Positions 30,719 through 40,106 of a stretch of 64,000 nt of DNA are shown here, piece after piece. Under the pieces are notes generated by a model that saw nothing but the letters and a program-made list of their open reading frames with translations, was not told the DNA's origin and did no database searches. This DNA is from Acidobacteriia bacterium UBA6623 (lineage in GTDB: Bacteria; Acidobacteriota; Terriglobia; Bryobacterales; UBA6623): NCBI GenBank assembly GCA_002433055.1, contig DJHJ01000026.1:12447-76446 (forward strand), given 5' to 3'. Numbering within the stretch: position 1 is the first letter of the stretch; every line of letters starts with the position of its first letter. Both the position numbers and the translations under genes were made by a program.

Positions 30719-30747
30719 ATTATGTGTGATTGTTGACTGTTTTGCAA
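30719..30747 (-). promoter_or_regulatory. Sigma70-type promoter of ino1
   Basis: Minus strand TTGCAA-N17-CATAAT. Confidence 0.55.
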
Positions 30748-30941
30748 TAAATAAACGTGACGTCTATCGCTTGATATGGTGCGTGCCTTAGTCGGCAGTC
30801 ACCGTGCGCAAACGTTAGAGGCGCGACAGATCAGCAGCAACCGCACCGCCTACGTTCATGATTATGGTAGGCTACCAGATCAACAGCGCAAAGTGAGGCT
30901 GGTCTGGACCGATCACTCACATCGGTAATAACTGGATCAAT

Positions 30942-31850
30942 ATGTGCGGCATTGCAGGATATTTTACGAAGTCTACGGATGTAGCGGCTCCAGTGGGTGA
31001 AGTGATGATGGAGATGCTAACAGCCCTCGAGTGCCGAGGTCCGGACTCTGCCGGCGTGGCTCTCTATAACACATCGAGTACGAATGACTCCATCCTGCAA
31101 ATTAAACTGAGTGATGACAAACCAACGCGGGCTGTCCTAGACGGCGTAATCGCCAACATTTCACAACTATCAAAACCTACTGCAATTACAACAACAGGAG
31201 TATACCTTCGCCTAGCAATTGACGGCTCACTGGACCCGGCTACCGTCATTTCCGTGATTGAATCCGTGGATTCCAGGGTTGAAGTGGTCAGCATGGGAAA
31301 ACGCCTCGAAATTATTAAACAAACAGGCTCACCTAAAAGAATAGATGTTGATTTTCATGTATCTGATTTTCAAGGATCTCATGCGATTGGCCACACACGG
31401 ATGTCAACTGAGTCACAGGTTGATTTGAGTCACTCACAACCATTTTGGGCTCACAGCCTCGACGAGATAGCGATCGTTCACAATGGCCACATCACGAATT
31501 ATCACAAGCTACGTCGACAGTATGAACAACAAAATATACACTTCTACACCGAGAATGACTCGGAAATAATAGCCGTGTATGTTGCGCGAGGGATGTCGAA
31601 CGGGCTGTCTCTTGAGGAAGTACTGGAGGCCGCACTCGTCGATCTCGATGGCTCCTTCAGTTGCTTGGTGAGCACTGCCAGCGCAATGGGCTTCGTGAAA
31701 GACCCATTCGCACACAAGCCGTTGCTATTTAGTGAAACCGATGAGTTCGTTGCAGTCGCAACCGAAGAAATAGCATTTCGTCCTTTAATCGAGAATGATT
31801 TAAACATTCGAGAAGCAGGCGCACGAGAGATACGCGTATGGCAAAACTGA
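30942..31850 (+). CDS. mgsA: N-methylglutamate synthase subunit A (class II glutamine amidotransferase, GlxB type)
   Basis: N-terminal MCGIAG, RGPDSAG, GHTRMSTES, HNG, NDSE; operon context. Confidence 0.82.
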   Translation: MCGIAGYFTKSTDVAAPVGEVMMEMLTALECRGPDSAGVALYNTSSTNDSILQIKLSDDKPTRAVLDGVIANISQLSKPTAITTTGVYLRLAIDGSLDPATVISVIESVDSRVEVVSMGKRLEIIKQTGSPKRIDVDFHVSDFQGSHAIGHTRMSTESQVDLSHSQPFWAHSLDEIAIVHNGHITNYHKLRRQYEQQNIHFYTENDSEIIAVYVARGMSNGLSLEEVLEAALVDLDGSFSCLVSTASAMGFVKDPFAHKPLLFSETDEFVAVATEEIAFRPLIENDLNIREAGAREIRVWQN

Positions 31851-32545
31851 ACTGTAACGGACAAACGATCCGTGAAATCAATTCGTCAATCCGAAAATGT
31901 ATTTCAGTCGGTGAGTCCGTCGCGGTAGAGTCTCCCGGTGCTCGTCATAACTTAGGGGTCGCGCTTTTGGGGTCCGGCGAAGTGACATTTCAAGGCAGTG
32001 TTGGATACTATTGCGGCGGATTGATGGATGGCGCGACAATTCGCATCCGTGGAAATGCGGGCTGGGGTCTCGCAGAATCGATGCTGGACGGACAGGTCAT
32101 CGTCGAAGGAAATGCTGGAAATAGTGCAGGCGCAGCAATCCGCGGTGGAACCCTAGTCGTGCAGGGTGACTCAGGGGCGCGCACAGGTGTCTCAATGAAA
32201 AATGGCTTGATTATCGTCACTGGTAGCTGTGGTTATATGAGTGGCTTTATGGGACAAGGTGGCAAGATGATCATCTGTGGAGATGCAGCTGAGGCTCTTG
32301 GTGATTCGATGTATGAAACCGTCTGTTTCGTAGGTGGGAAAATAGCAGATTTAGGAAATGATGCCATCGTCGTCGACATCACAAACGAGGACAGGGCTTT
32401 CCTCGACGCTTCATTGAGGAAACACCTACCCAATACGATGCTAAAAAACTTACCCAATGGAGACAATTTTAAAAAAGTTGTCTCAGGAAAAAAACTCTGG
32501 AATTTTGATAAATCCGACTGGAAAACATGGGAACAGGCTCTTTAA
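31838..32545 (+). CDS. mgsB: N-methylglutamate synthase subunit B (GXGXG beta-helix, GlxC type)
   Basis: Repeated GxxG turns (GSVGYYCGG, GNAG), LGDSMYE. Confidence 0.82.
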   Translation: MAKLNCNGQTIREINSSIRKCISVGESVAVESPGARHNLGVALLGSGEVTFQGSVGYYCGGLMDGATIRIRGNAGWGLAESMLDGQVIVEGNAGNSAGAAIRGGTLVVQGDSGARTGVSMKNGLIIVTGSCGYMSGFMGQGGKMIICGDAAEALGDSMYETVCFVGGKIADLGNDAIVVDITNEDRAFLDASLRKHLPNTMLKNLPNGDNFKKVVSGKKLWNFDKSDWKTWEQAL

Positions 32546-32550
32546 TCATC

Positions 32551-33888
32551 ATGGCCAAATCCGGTATTGAGTCAAAAACATTACAGAAGAGTGGCACGTT
32601 CTCTTCACGCGTCATTGATGACATACAAACCAAAGCGGCCAGCGGCATATATCGCATGCGCGGCTACGGCACCTTGCGGGAGCGTCACTGGGCAACCTTC
32701 GACGATCTCACATTTCTGCCATGCTCGTTAACTCGTATCCCTTTGGAGGGATACCGCGAAAAATGTGAGACAAAAACCGTACTAGGGGGACGCTTTGCCG
32801 AACAACCGATCAAGCTAGATATCCCCATAATGATCACGGGGATGAGCTGGGGTGCTCTTTCCTATAACGCGAAAGTAGCTTTAGCAAAAGGTGCATCTCA
32901 GATCGGCTCCTCCAACACGACGGGTGACGGAGGAATGCTAGATGCAGAAAGAGAAAATAGTCGCACTCTGATCTACGAGGTTTTACCCTCTCGGTACGGC
33001 ATCAACGTTCACCATATGCGAATGTCAGATGGTATCGAATTGACAATTGGCCAAGGTGCGAAACCGGGAACCGGTGGCCTACTGCTGGAATCGAAGGTTT
33101 CTGACGAAATAGCACAAAAAAGGGAGCTGCCAATCGGCGTTGATCAACGTAGCCCCGCACGGCATCCGGACATGTTAGGCCCAGATGACATGACTATTAA
33201 AATAGAAGAACTCCGTGAAGCTACCGACTGGCGAGTACCTATCTTCGTCAAGCTGGGAGCCAGTCGAGTCTATGATGACGTGAAACTAGCCGCGAAGGCC
33301 GGTGCCGACGTAGTCGTTGTTGATGGTATGGAAGGTGGAACTGGTGCATCGCCCGCCATCATGCAAGAACATACCGGAATCCCCACCCTTGCAGCAGTGT
33401 GCGAGGCACGAACCGCACTGGAAGACATGGGTCTCTACGGCACGGTTCAGTTAATCATCTCGGGCGGTATTCGCGATGGTGTTGATGTGGCCAAAGCTAT
33501 GGCCTTAGGGGCCGATGCTGTGTACATCGGAACCGCTGCACTAATCGCACTTAACTGCAATCGACCTATCTATATTGAGGACTACAAAAAACTGGATACG
33601 GAGCCACATTTTTGTCATTACTGCCATACAGGACGCTGCCCGGTGGGTGTCACCACGCAAGACCCTGAGTTAATGGAACGGCTTCCCGTCGACGAAGCGG
33701 CTGAACGCGTCACAAATCTGTTGCGTGCTATGACTCTCGAGATTCAAATGCTAGCACGTGCGTGCGGCAAGTCGGATGCGCATCACTTAGAGCCAGAAGA
33801 CATGGCTGCACTTACGGCGGAGGCCTCCGCCATCTGTCGAGTCCCATTGGCCGGCACACGTCGAGTTTGGGGTTCATCGAACACTTGA
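32551..33888 (+). CDS. mgsC: N-methylglutamate synthase subunit C (FMN glutamate synthase family, GlxD type)
   Basis: PLEGYREKC, GMSWGALS, TTGDGG, GQGAKPG, RHPD, CHYCHTGRCPVG. Confidence 0.87.
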   Translation: MAKSGIESKTLQKSGTFSSRVIDDIQTKAASGIYRMRGYGTLRERHWATFDDLTFLPCSLTRIPLEGYREKCETKTVLGGRFAEQPIKLDIPIMITGMSWGALSYNAKVALAKGASQIGSSNTTGDGGMLDAERENSRTLIYEVLPSRYGINVHHMRMSDGIELTIGQGAKPGTGGLLLESKVSDEIAQKRELPIGVDQRSPARHPDMLGPDDMTIKIEELREATDWRVPIFVKLGASRVYDDVKLAAKAGADVVVVDGMEGGTGASPAIMQEHTGIPTLAAVCEARTALEDMGLYGTVQLIISGGIRDGVDVAKAMALGADAVYIGTAALIALNCNRPIYIEDYKKLDTEPHFCHYCHTGRCPVGVTTQDPELMERLPVDEAAERVTNLLRAMTLEIQMLARACGKSDAHHLEPEDMAALTAEASAICRVPLAGTRRVWGSSNT

Positions 33889-33906
33889 TTGAATCGCTTT
33901 TAAAAT

Positions 33907-34182
33907 ATGTCATTTCGTATTCCTTGTCCGCAGTGTGGTACACGCAGCGCCTACGAATTTCGTTTTGGCGGTGAAGTCCTGACGAGACCTCGAACAGATG
34001 CAGATGCAGACGCTTGGTACCGGTATAGCTTCGCACGAAAGAATACGATGGGAATACAGACCGAATGGTGGTATCACCGCCTCGGATGTCGGCAGTGGTT
34101 ACAGGTAGTAAGAGATACAAAAGAAAACCGCGTCCTGGCAACGAGCTTCATTGAGAAAAAGGAGCGAGAGGATTGTGCTTAA
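33907..34182 (+). CDS. Sarcosine oxidase delta-like / N-methylglutamate dehydrogenase small subunit
   Basis: IPCPQCG.R...EF.FGGE...EWWYH..GC..W...RDT Zn-site pattern. Confidence 0.85.
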   Translation: MSFRIPCPQCGTRSAYEFRFGGEVLTRPRTDADADAWYRYSFARKNTMGIQTEWWYHRLGCRQWLQVVRDTKENRVLATSFIEKKEREDCA

Positions 34183-36844
34183 AACTCGTGCCAGATTTTC
34201 TTTCTCTTTCGGCGGTACATCTATAGAAGCCTACCCCGGTGACAGCATCGGGGTAGCAATGTTTCGAGCAGGAATACGAATATTTACACGCAGCTTCAAA
34301 CATCACCGTGCTCGCGGGTTAATGTGCGTTTCGGGAAATTGTCCGAATTGCTTAATGAATGTTGATGGCATGCCAAACGTACGTGTCTGCACGACACCTG
34401 CTAAGGCCGGTATGAATGTAACTCCCCAAAATGTTTTCCCATCACTCAAGTTTGACTGGCTATCCATTTTGCAAAAACTTGACTGGTTGATGCCTGTCGG
34501 TTGGTATTACAAAATCTTCACTCACCGTTTTATTTGGTCCATAGTTTCTCCCTTTATACGGAAAGCTGCCGGCCTGGGAAAGGCACCGCCCATTATTAAC
34601 AATTTTTCGAGCACAACTGCACCATATGATCACTCCTATATCCACACTGACGTGGCAATTGTCGGAGGCGGTTCAGCCGGATTAACGGCCGCCATTGAAA
34701 ACGCAAAACAAGGCTCCCGTTGTGTTCTGATTGACGATCAAATTGCACTTGGCGGCTACCGACGTTTCGGCACAGTAGACACCAACAAAAACGAAAATCT
34801 CATCCAACAGGCCATGTCCGAGAAGCAAATAACAATCCTGTCGCATTCCTATTGCTTCGGGTTGTACGAAGATCGTTTGTTGGGTGTAGTTCAACTACCC
34901 AACGACAACACTCAGGGGGAATCGGTCACTCACATAAGAGCTGACCGAGTAATCATTGCCACTGGTACATTCGAAGCACCATTACTGTTCGAAAATAACG
35001 ATCTTGTTGGAGTGATGTTGAGCAGTGGTGTCGAACGGCTGATAGGTCTCTATGCAATCAACCCGGGTCACCAAGCAGTGGTCATCGGTGATGGGGCACG
35101 CGCAGAACATATCGCATCGCTATTGCAACACGCTGGAATAGAAGTTGTATCTTTGGTGCACTCTGAACAGGTGGTATCTGCTTTGGGGTCCGAACAGGTA
35201 ACCGGAATACAAACAGTCACCACACGTATCAATTGCGATCTGATCGTCGTTTGCGGCCACTTGGTTCCCAATGCTGGATTGCTGCATCAGGCAGGCGCAA
35301 GCCTGGAATGGGTTGACGATAAGGGTGCATTCATTCCTACTCATTTACCTTCCGGTATCGACGCAATCGGAGATGTCACTGGGGAGCACATCACACCTGC
35401 CGCTGGACCGTCTTCACTTAATAACGATTCCAAACGCTGCTACGTGTGTTTTTGCGAAGACGTTACTACATCCGATCTTCGGACAGCAATAGATGAAGGT
35501 TTTGACCAAATCGAAACGCTCAAGCGATACACAACCGTCTCGATGGGCCCCTGCCAGGGGAAAATGTGCCAACTTTCATCCATTGAAATATGTGCCCATA
35601 AATCCAAACGCTCTATGAACGAAACTGGCGTCACGACGAGTCGCCCTCCCAATCCATCCGTTTCTTTAGGGGCGTTAGCTGGACCCAACCATCTATCTGT
35701 GAAGAAAAGCCCTTTACACAATGAACACAAAGAGTTGAATGCTGTCTGGATGAATATGGGTGACTGGAAGAGACCGTTTTACTACTCACGGACGAGAGCT
35801 ACCACTATGCAGGCATGCATCGAGCGTGAGTATCGAGCGGTACGAGAACGTGTTGGCGTAATTGACATTAGCCCTCTGGGAAAAATCGAGGTAAAAGGAC
35901 GAGATGCAGGCAAGCTTCTCAATCTGGTTTACACTCATCGGTTTGGAAACTTGAAGGTTGGGCGCGTGCGCTATGCAGTGATGTGTGACGAGACAGGCAT
36001 CATTCTTGATGACGGCACAATTTCCCGTCTGAGTGATGAACACTACTTTCTCACAACCACAACAGGCAACACGGAGTTTGTTGTTCAGTGGCTTGAGTGG
36101 TGGCTTATTGATACTAATTGGGACGTGCATGTCATCAACGTCACGGGTGGCAGATCATCAATTAACCTCGCTGGCCCGAAAGCACGTGACGTTCTTTCGC
36201 AATTAACGAATGTGGATCTCGCCTCGGACACTTTCAAATACATGATGTGTCGTCAAGCTGAGGTAGCTGGCGCTCCCGCCACTCTCCTTCGTATCGGATT
36301 TGTTGGAGAAATGGGATGGGAAATACATGTGCCCGCCGATTACGGTGTCCATGTGTGGAAAAGTGTTCTTGAAGCTGGATCATCGCACGACATCCTCCCG
36401 TTCGGAGTAGAAACTCAACGGGTTCTCCGACTAGAAAAACAACACGTCATTGTTGGCGTCGACACCGACGCGATGAGCAACCCATACGATGCGGCTATGC
36501 CTTGGGTGATTAAGTTAGACAAAGAAGACTTTATTGGAAAAGCCTCATTGACGACCCAACAGTCGACTTCAGTACACGAGCGATTAATAGGCTTCACTAT
36601 GATCAACGACACGCACTTACCCGAAGATGGTGCCGTACTTGTGTGTTCTGGGGCGCCAGTTGGCAGAGTCACGAGTGCAAGGTTTTCATTCCTAAACAAG
36701 ACTGTTATAGGATTGGCGTGGATTAACGCTGATCTGGCGAAAGAAGGCAATAGCATCGCAATTAGAATTAATGGAAACCCAGCTCCCGCACGTATTCAAC
36801 AGGCCGCTTTTTACGACCCAAGCGGTGACCGCCTTCGCATGTAA
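34175..36844 (+). CDS. Sarcosine oxidase alpha-like / N-methylglutamate dehydrogenase large subunit (2Fe-2S, NAD, BFD-like and GcvT/THF domains)
   Basis: RSFKHHRARG, VGGGSAG, LKRYTT, RPP, ILDDG, GFVGEMGWE, LRLEK, FYDPSG; GTG 34175 after SD GAGGA. Confidence 0.87.
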   Translation: MLKTRARFSFSFGGTSIEAYPGDSIGVAMFRAGIRIFTRSFKHHRARGLMCVSGNCPNCLMNVDGMPNVRVCTTPAKAGMNVTPQNVFPSLKFDWLSILQKLDWLMPVGWYYKIFTHRFIWSIVSPFIRKAAGLGKAPPIINNFSSTTAPYDHSYIHTDVAIVGGGSAGLTAAIENAKQGSRCVLIDDQIALGGYRRFGTVDTNKNENLIQQAMSEKQITILSHSYCFGLYEDRLLGVVQLPNDNTQGESVTHIRADRVIIATGTFEAPLLFENNDLVGVMLSSGVERLIGLYAINPGHQAVVIGDGARAEHIASLLQHAGIEVVSLVHSEQVVSALGSEQVTGIQTVTTRINCDLIVVCGHLVPNAGLLHQAGASLEWVDDKGAFIPTHLPSGIDAIGDVTGEHITPAAGPSSLNNDSKRCYVCFCEDVTTSDLRTAIDEGFDQIETLKRYTTVSMGPCQGKMCQLSSIEICAHKSKRSMNETGVTTSRPPNPSVSLGALAGPNHLSVKKSPLHNEHKELNAVWMNMGDWKRPFYYSRTRATTMQACIEREYRAVRERVGVIDISPLGKIEVKGRDAGKLLNLVYTHRFGNLKVGRVRYAVMCDETGIILDDGTISRLSDEHYFLTTTTGNTEFVVQWLEWWLIDTNWDVHVINVTGGRSSINLAGPKARDVLSQLTNVDLASDTFKYMMCRQAEVAGAPATLLRIGFVGEMGWEIHVPADYGVHVWKSVLEAGSSHDILPFGVETQRVLRLEKQHVIVGVDTDAMSNPYDAAMPWVIKLDKEDFIGKASLTTQQSTSVHERLIGFTMINDTHLPEDGAVLVCSGAPVGRVTSARFSFLNKTVIGLAWINADLAKEGNSIAIRINGNPAPARIQQAAFYDPSGDRLRM

Positions 36845-36848
36845 GACT

Positions 36849-37517
36849 ATGGACAATTTTTCCACCAAACGAATATACGGTCATAGACAGAGTTCTCTGT
36901 TTGCTCGATTTAAAAATGATGGAGCAACCTTCCAAGATGATCAATGGAATACTGCTCTTTGTTTCACATCGTCCGAGGAAGAGGTTCAAGCAGTTCGTCG
37001 ATCGGTTGGCATCTCTGATGTCAGCTCGATGTCAAAGTTTGATATTCGCAGCAAAAGCCTATCCGTTTTACCGACATTTGACGTCGCTGTGCACCTCTGG
37101 CCTCAACGCACAAATCAATATTTACTGACATGCGAATCTACTTTTCATGCAAAAGTTCAAGAACAGCTGACCCACTGTACAGCAGAAAAATCGTCACCAT
37201 CAATTTGCGTCAGCGATGTCACTGCAGTCTACACGGCATTACTTGTAGCAGGAGTGAGCGGCCCACAAGTATTAAAAAAACTTGTCGATATCGATATTTC
37301 AGATGACACTTTTCCAAATCTTCACTGCGTCCAGACTGGCATTCATCATGTGTATGCACTCGTTGCGCGACACGATTTACAATCCGTCCCCGCGTACCTC
37401 CTACTGATAGGTCGTGAATATGGTGAATGGCTCTGGGATTGTGTTCTACATGCCGGAAATGAATTTTCTATTCAGGCGTTTGGCTCGCAAGCTCATGACA
37501 TTTTGAAGACTTCATAA
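36849..37517 (+). CDS. Sarcosine oxidase gamma-like / GcvT-fold subunit
   Basis: GISDVS, DVTAVY...AG, YGEWLWD; position between alpha and beta subunits. Confidence 0.7.
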   Translation: MDNFSTKRIYGHRQSSLFARFKNDGATFQDDQWNTALCFTSSEEEVQAVRRSVGISDVSSMSKFDIRSKSLSVLPTFDVAVHLWPQRTNQYLLTCESTFHAKVQEQLTHCTAEKSSPSICVSDVTAVYTALLVAGVSGPQVLKKLVDIDISDDTFPNLHCVQTGIHHVYALVARHDLQSVPAYLLLIGREYGEWLWDCVLHAGNEFSIQAFGSQAHDILKTS

Positions 37518-37522
37518 ATACC

Positions 37523-38734
37523 ATGCAATTATTTCGCAACAACCGCATGTGGGGCACTCACGACTTAAAATCATCATACGATGTAGTAATCATAGGAGCA
37601 GGTGTCCATGGGTTGGCTACAGCTTACTATCTCGGCAAACTGTTCGGAGTTCGCAAAATTGCGCTACTAGAAAAAGGATATCTGGGGTATGGAGCAAGTG
37701 GTAGGAACACTGCGATTCTGCGTTCAAACTATCGCACCCCCGAAGGTATTAAGTTCTACAACGCGGCTCTTAAACTTTATGAAGGTCTCTCGTCAGAACT
37801 GAATTGGAATTTGCTTTTTACTCAGTGTGGTCATCTCACCCTCGGACATACCGACACAGCCGTGACCGGACTACGAGTCCGGGCCGAAATGAACCAACTT
37901 CTTGGGGTCAATAGTCGCATCATTTTCCCCGCAGAAATCCAAGAGCTTGTTCCACATCTTGACTGTAGTGATCGCCCACGGTATCCAGTAATGGCTGCTC
38001 TCTATCATCCCCCAGGTGGCATTATCCGCCACGATGCAGTCGTGTGGGGATTAGCCCGTGCCTGTGATCGAATGGGTATCGAAATCCATCCAAAAACTGA
38101 AGTGACCGACATACAGGTCTCTCGTCGTCGAGCAGAACAAGTCATCACTAATCGCGGTCAAATTTCAGCGGATGTGATAATCAATGCAACGGCGGGTTGG
38201 GCCTCCACGATCGCCAAAATGGCCGGGGTTGCTATGCCGATTGTGTCGCATCCATTACAGGCATGTGTCACAGAACCGCTAAAACCTTTCCTCGATACCG
38301 TTATCGTTTCTGCGAGCCTGCACGTCTACGTGAATCAAACGGGTCGCGGTGAGCTCGTCATCGGTTCGGAGATTGATCCCTACCAATCCTACAGCATGAA
38401 AGGAACGCTACCGACGCTGGAGCAAATGGCATCGTCCAGTGTTCAGCTGTTTCCACAACTCCACAACATTCGAGTTTTACGACAATGGGCAGGCATCTGT
38501 GACATGACACCAGATTTTGCACCGATCATTGGACTCTGTGACGAACTGGAAAATTTCTATATCGATGTGGGTTGGGGGACTTATGGATTTAAAGCTGCTC
38601 CCGCTGCCGGTCGATACCTTGCTGAATTAGTTGCAACAGGAAATACATCTGCTATCATTGCACCGTTCTCACCAGATCGATTTCGACGTGGAAGATTGGT
38701 TGGCGAAAAAGCAGCAGCAGCTGTCTCGCATTGA
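37523..38734 (+). CDS. Sarcosine oxidase beta-like / N-methylglutamate dehydrogenase FAD subunit
   Basis: IIGAGVHGLATAYYL, SGRNTAILRSNY, RHDAVVWG, LQACVTEPLKP, GWGTYGFKA. Confidence 0.9.
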   Translation: MQLFRNNRMWGTHDLKSSYDVVIIGAGVHGLATAYYLGKLFGVRKIALLEKGYLGYGASGRNTAILRSNYRTPEGIKFYNAALKLYEGLSSELNWNLLFTQCGHLTLGHTDTAVTGLRVRAEMNQLLGVNSRIIFPAEIQELVPHLDCSDRPRYPVMAALYHPPGGIIRHDAVVWGLARACDRMGIEIHPKTEVTDIQVSRRRAEQVITNRGQISADVIINATAGWASTIAKMAGVAMPIVSHPLQACVTEPLKPFLDTVIVSASLHVYVNQTGRGELVIGSEIDPYQSYSMKGTLPTLEQMASSSVQLFPQLHNIRVLRQWAGICDMTPDFAPIIGLCDELENFYIDVGWGTYGFKAAPAAGRYLAELVATGNTSAIIAPFSPDRFRRGRLVGEKAAAAVSH

Positions 38735-38742
38735 GGAAATAC

Positions 38743-40074
38743 ATGACATCGGAACAAGTCAAATCAAAAATTCAAAGTGATGGTATAGAGTATTTTTTAT
38801 GCTCATTCGTTGAAATGGGTGGTGCCCCGAAAGCAAAACTCGTCCCAGCAACAAATTTTGACGAAATGTCCACAGATGGCGCTGGCTTTGCAGGCTTTGC
38901 TGCTGGTCATCTCGGTCAGGGGCCACACGACACCGACATAATGAGTATTCCAGATTTTCGTTCTCTCAGTATATTGCCATGGCGACCTAATATTGCTTGG
39001 CTAGCTGGCAACCTACACGTGGACGGTCAGGCTTGGCCCTACTGTCCGAGAACGATTTTGTGTCAACAACTCGACCGTGCAAAACAACAAGGCTACACGC
39101 TAAACGTGGGCGTTGAGCCGGAATTCATGTTACTCAAGCAGACTGAAGGACAATACCATCCCTGGGATTTAAATGATCGACTGGAGAAACCCTGCTACGA
39201 CTTGCGAGCGCTGAATCGTAATCTTGATTTAATGACTAGGATAATCGGATACATGCAGCAGCTCAACTGGGGGCCATATGCCAATGATCATGAAGATGCA
39301 AATTGCCAATTCGAAATAAACTGGGCATACAGTGACGCCCTCACAACAGCAGATCGCAACATATTTTACCGATGGATGGTACGAACTATTGCTGAAGAGG
39401 AAGGGCTCTGGGCAACATTCATGCCGAAACCATTTGCCAACCTAACCGGCAATGGCACGCACTACCATCTCAGCTTGTGGGACATCGACTCGCAAGAAAA
39501 TCTTTTTTTGGATCCCAGCGACAAACTTGGATTGTCGGAGACCGCAAGATGGTTCATGGGTGGATTACTGCATCACGCGAAAGCCTTGACCGCAATAACC
39601 TCACCCCTCGTCAACAGCTACAAACGCTTGACTCGTGGCTCACCAAGTTCCGGTGCTAGTTGGGCGCCGGTTTATGTGACGCATGGCCCTTCGAACCGAA
39701 CACAGATGATCCGCGTACCTGGGCCCGGGCGGATTGAAAACCGTACACCCGACGGTGCCGCTAATCCTTACCTAGCGTGTGCTGTTACATTGGCAGCGGG
39801 ACTCGACGGCATAGAACGAAAGATCGAACCAGGTAAACCGAATGATCAAAATCTGTACGAAGCGTCAGAAGATGAATTGCGAAAACAAAAAATCGAAGTT
39901 CTACCTGATACCCTGCATGACGCCATCAATGAACTCGACAAAGATGACGTAATCAAAGAGGCCCTCGGAAGACAGTACGCAGATTACTACATCGAAGTGA
40001 AACGGGACGAATGGGCGCGTTATCACCAAAGTGTTAGTCAATGGGAAACCGAGAATTATCTACTGGTGCACTGA
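38743..40074 (+). CDS. gmaS: Gamma-glutamylmethylamide synthetase (GlnT-type glutamine synthetase family)
   Basis: KAKLVP...GAGFAGFA, GVEPEF, KPCYD, YANDHED...QFEIN, SGASWAP, NRTQM; adjacent to mgs/mgd genes. Confidence 0.82.
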   Translation: MTSEQVKSKIQSDGIEYFLCSFVEMGGAPKAKLVPATNFDEMSTDGAGFAGFAAGHLGQGPHDTDIMSIPDFRSLSILPWRPNIAWLAGNLHVDGQAWPYCPRTILCQQLDRAKQQGYTLNVGVEPEFMLLKQTEGQYHPWDLNDRLEKPCYDLRALNRNLDLMTRIIGYMQQLNWGPYANDHEDANCQFEINWAYSDALTTADRNIFYRWMVRTIAEEEGLWATFMPKPFANLTGNGTHYHLSLWDIDSQENLFLDPSDKLGLSETARWFMGGLLHHAKALTAITSPLVNSYKRLTRGSPSSGASWAPVYVTHGPSNRTQMIRVPGPGRIENRTPDGAANPYLACAVTLAAGLDGIERKIEPGKPNDQNLYEASEDELRKQKIEVLPDTLHDAINELDKDDVIKEALGRQYADYYIEVKRDEWARYHQSVSQWETENYLLVH

Positions 40075-40106
40075 TGACTGCCAGCAACAAGTAATCGCCA
40101 CATAGT

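Noticed and set aside
38743-40074. Housekeeping glutamine synthetase glnA
   Set aside because: GAGFAGFA and SGASWAP motifs plus mgs/mgd context indicate GlnT/GmaS
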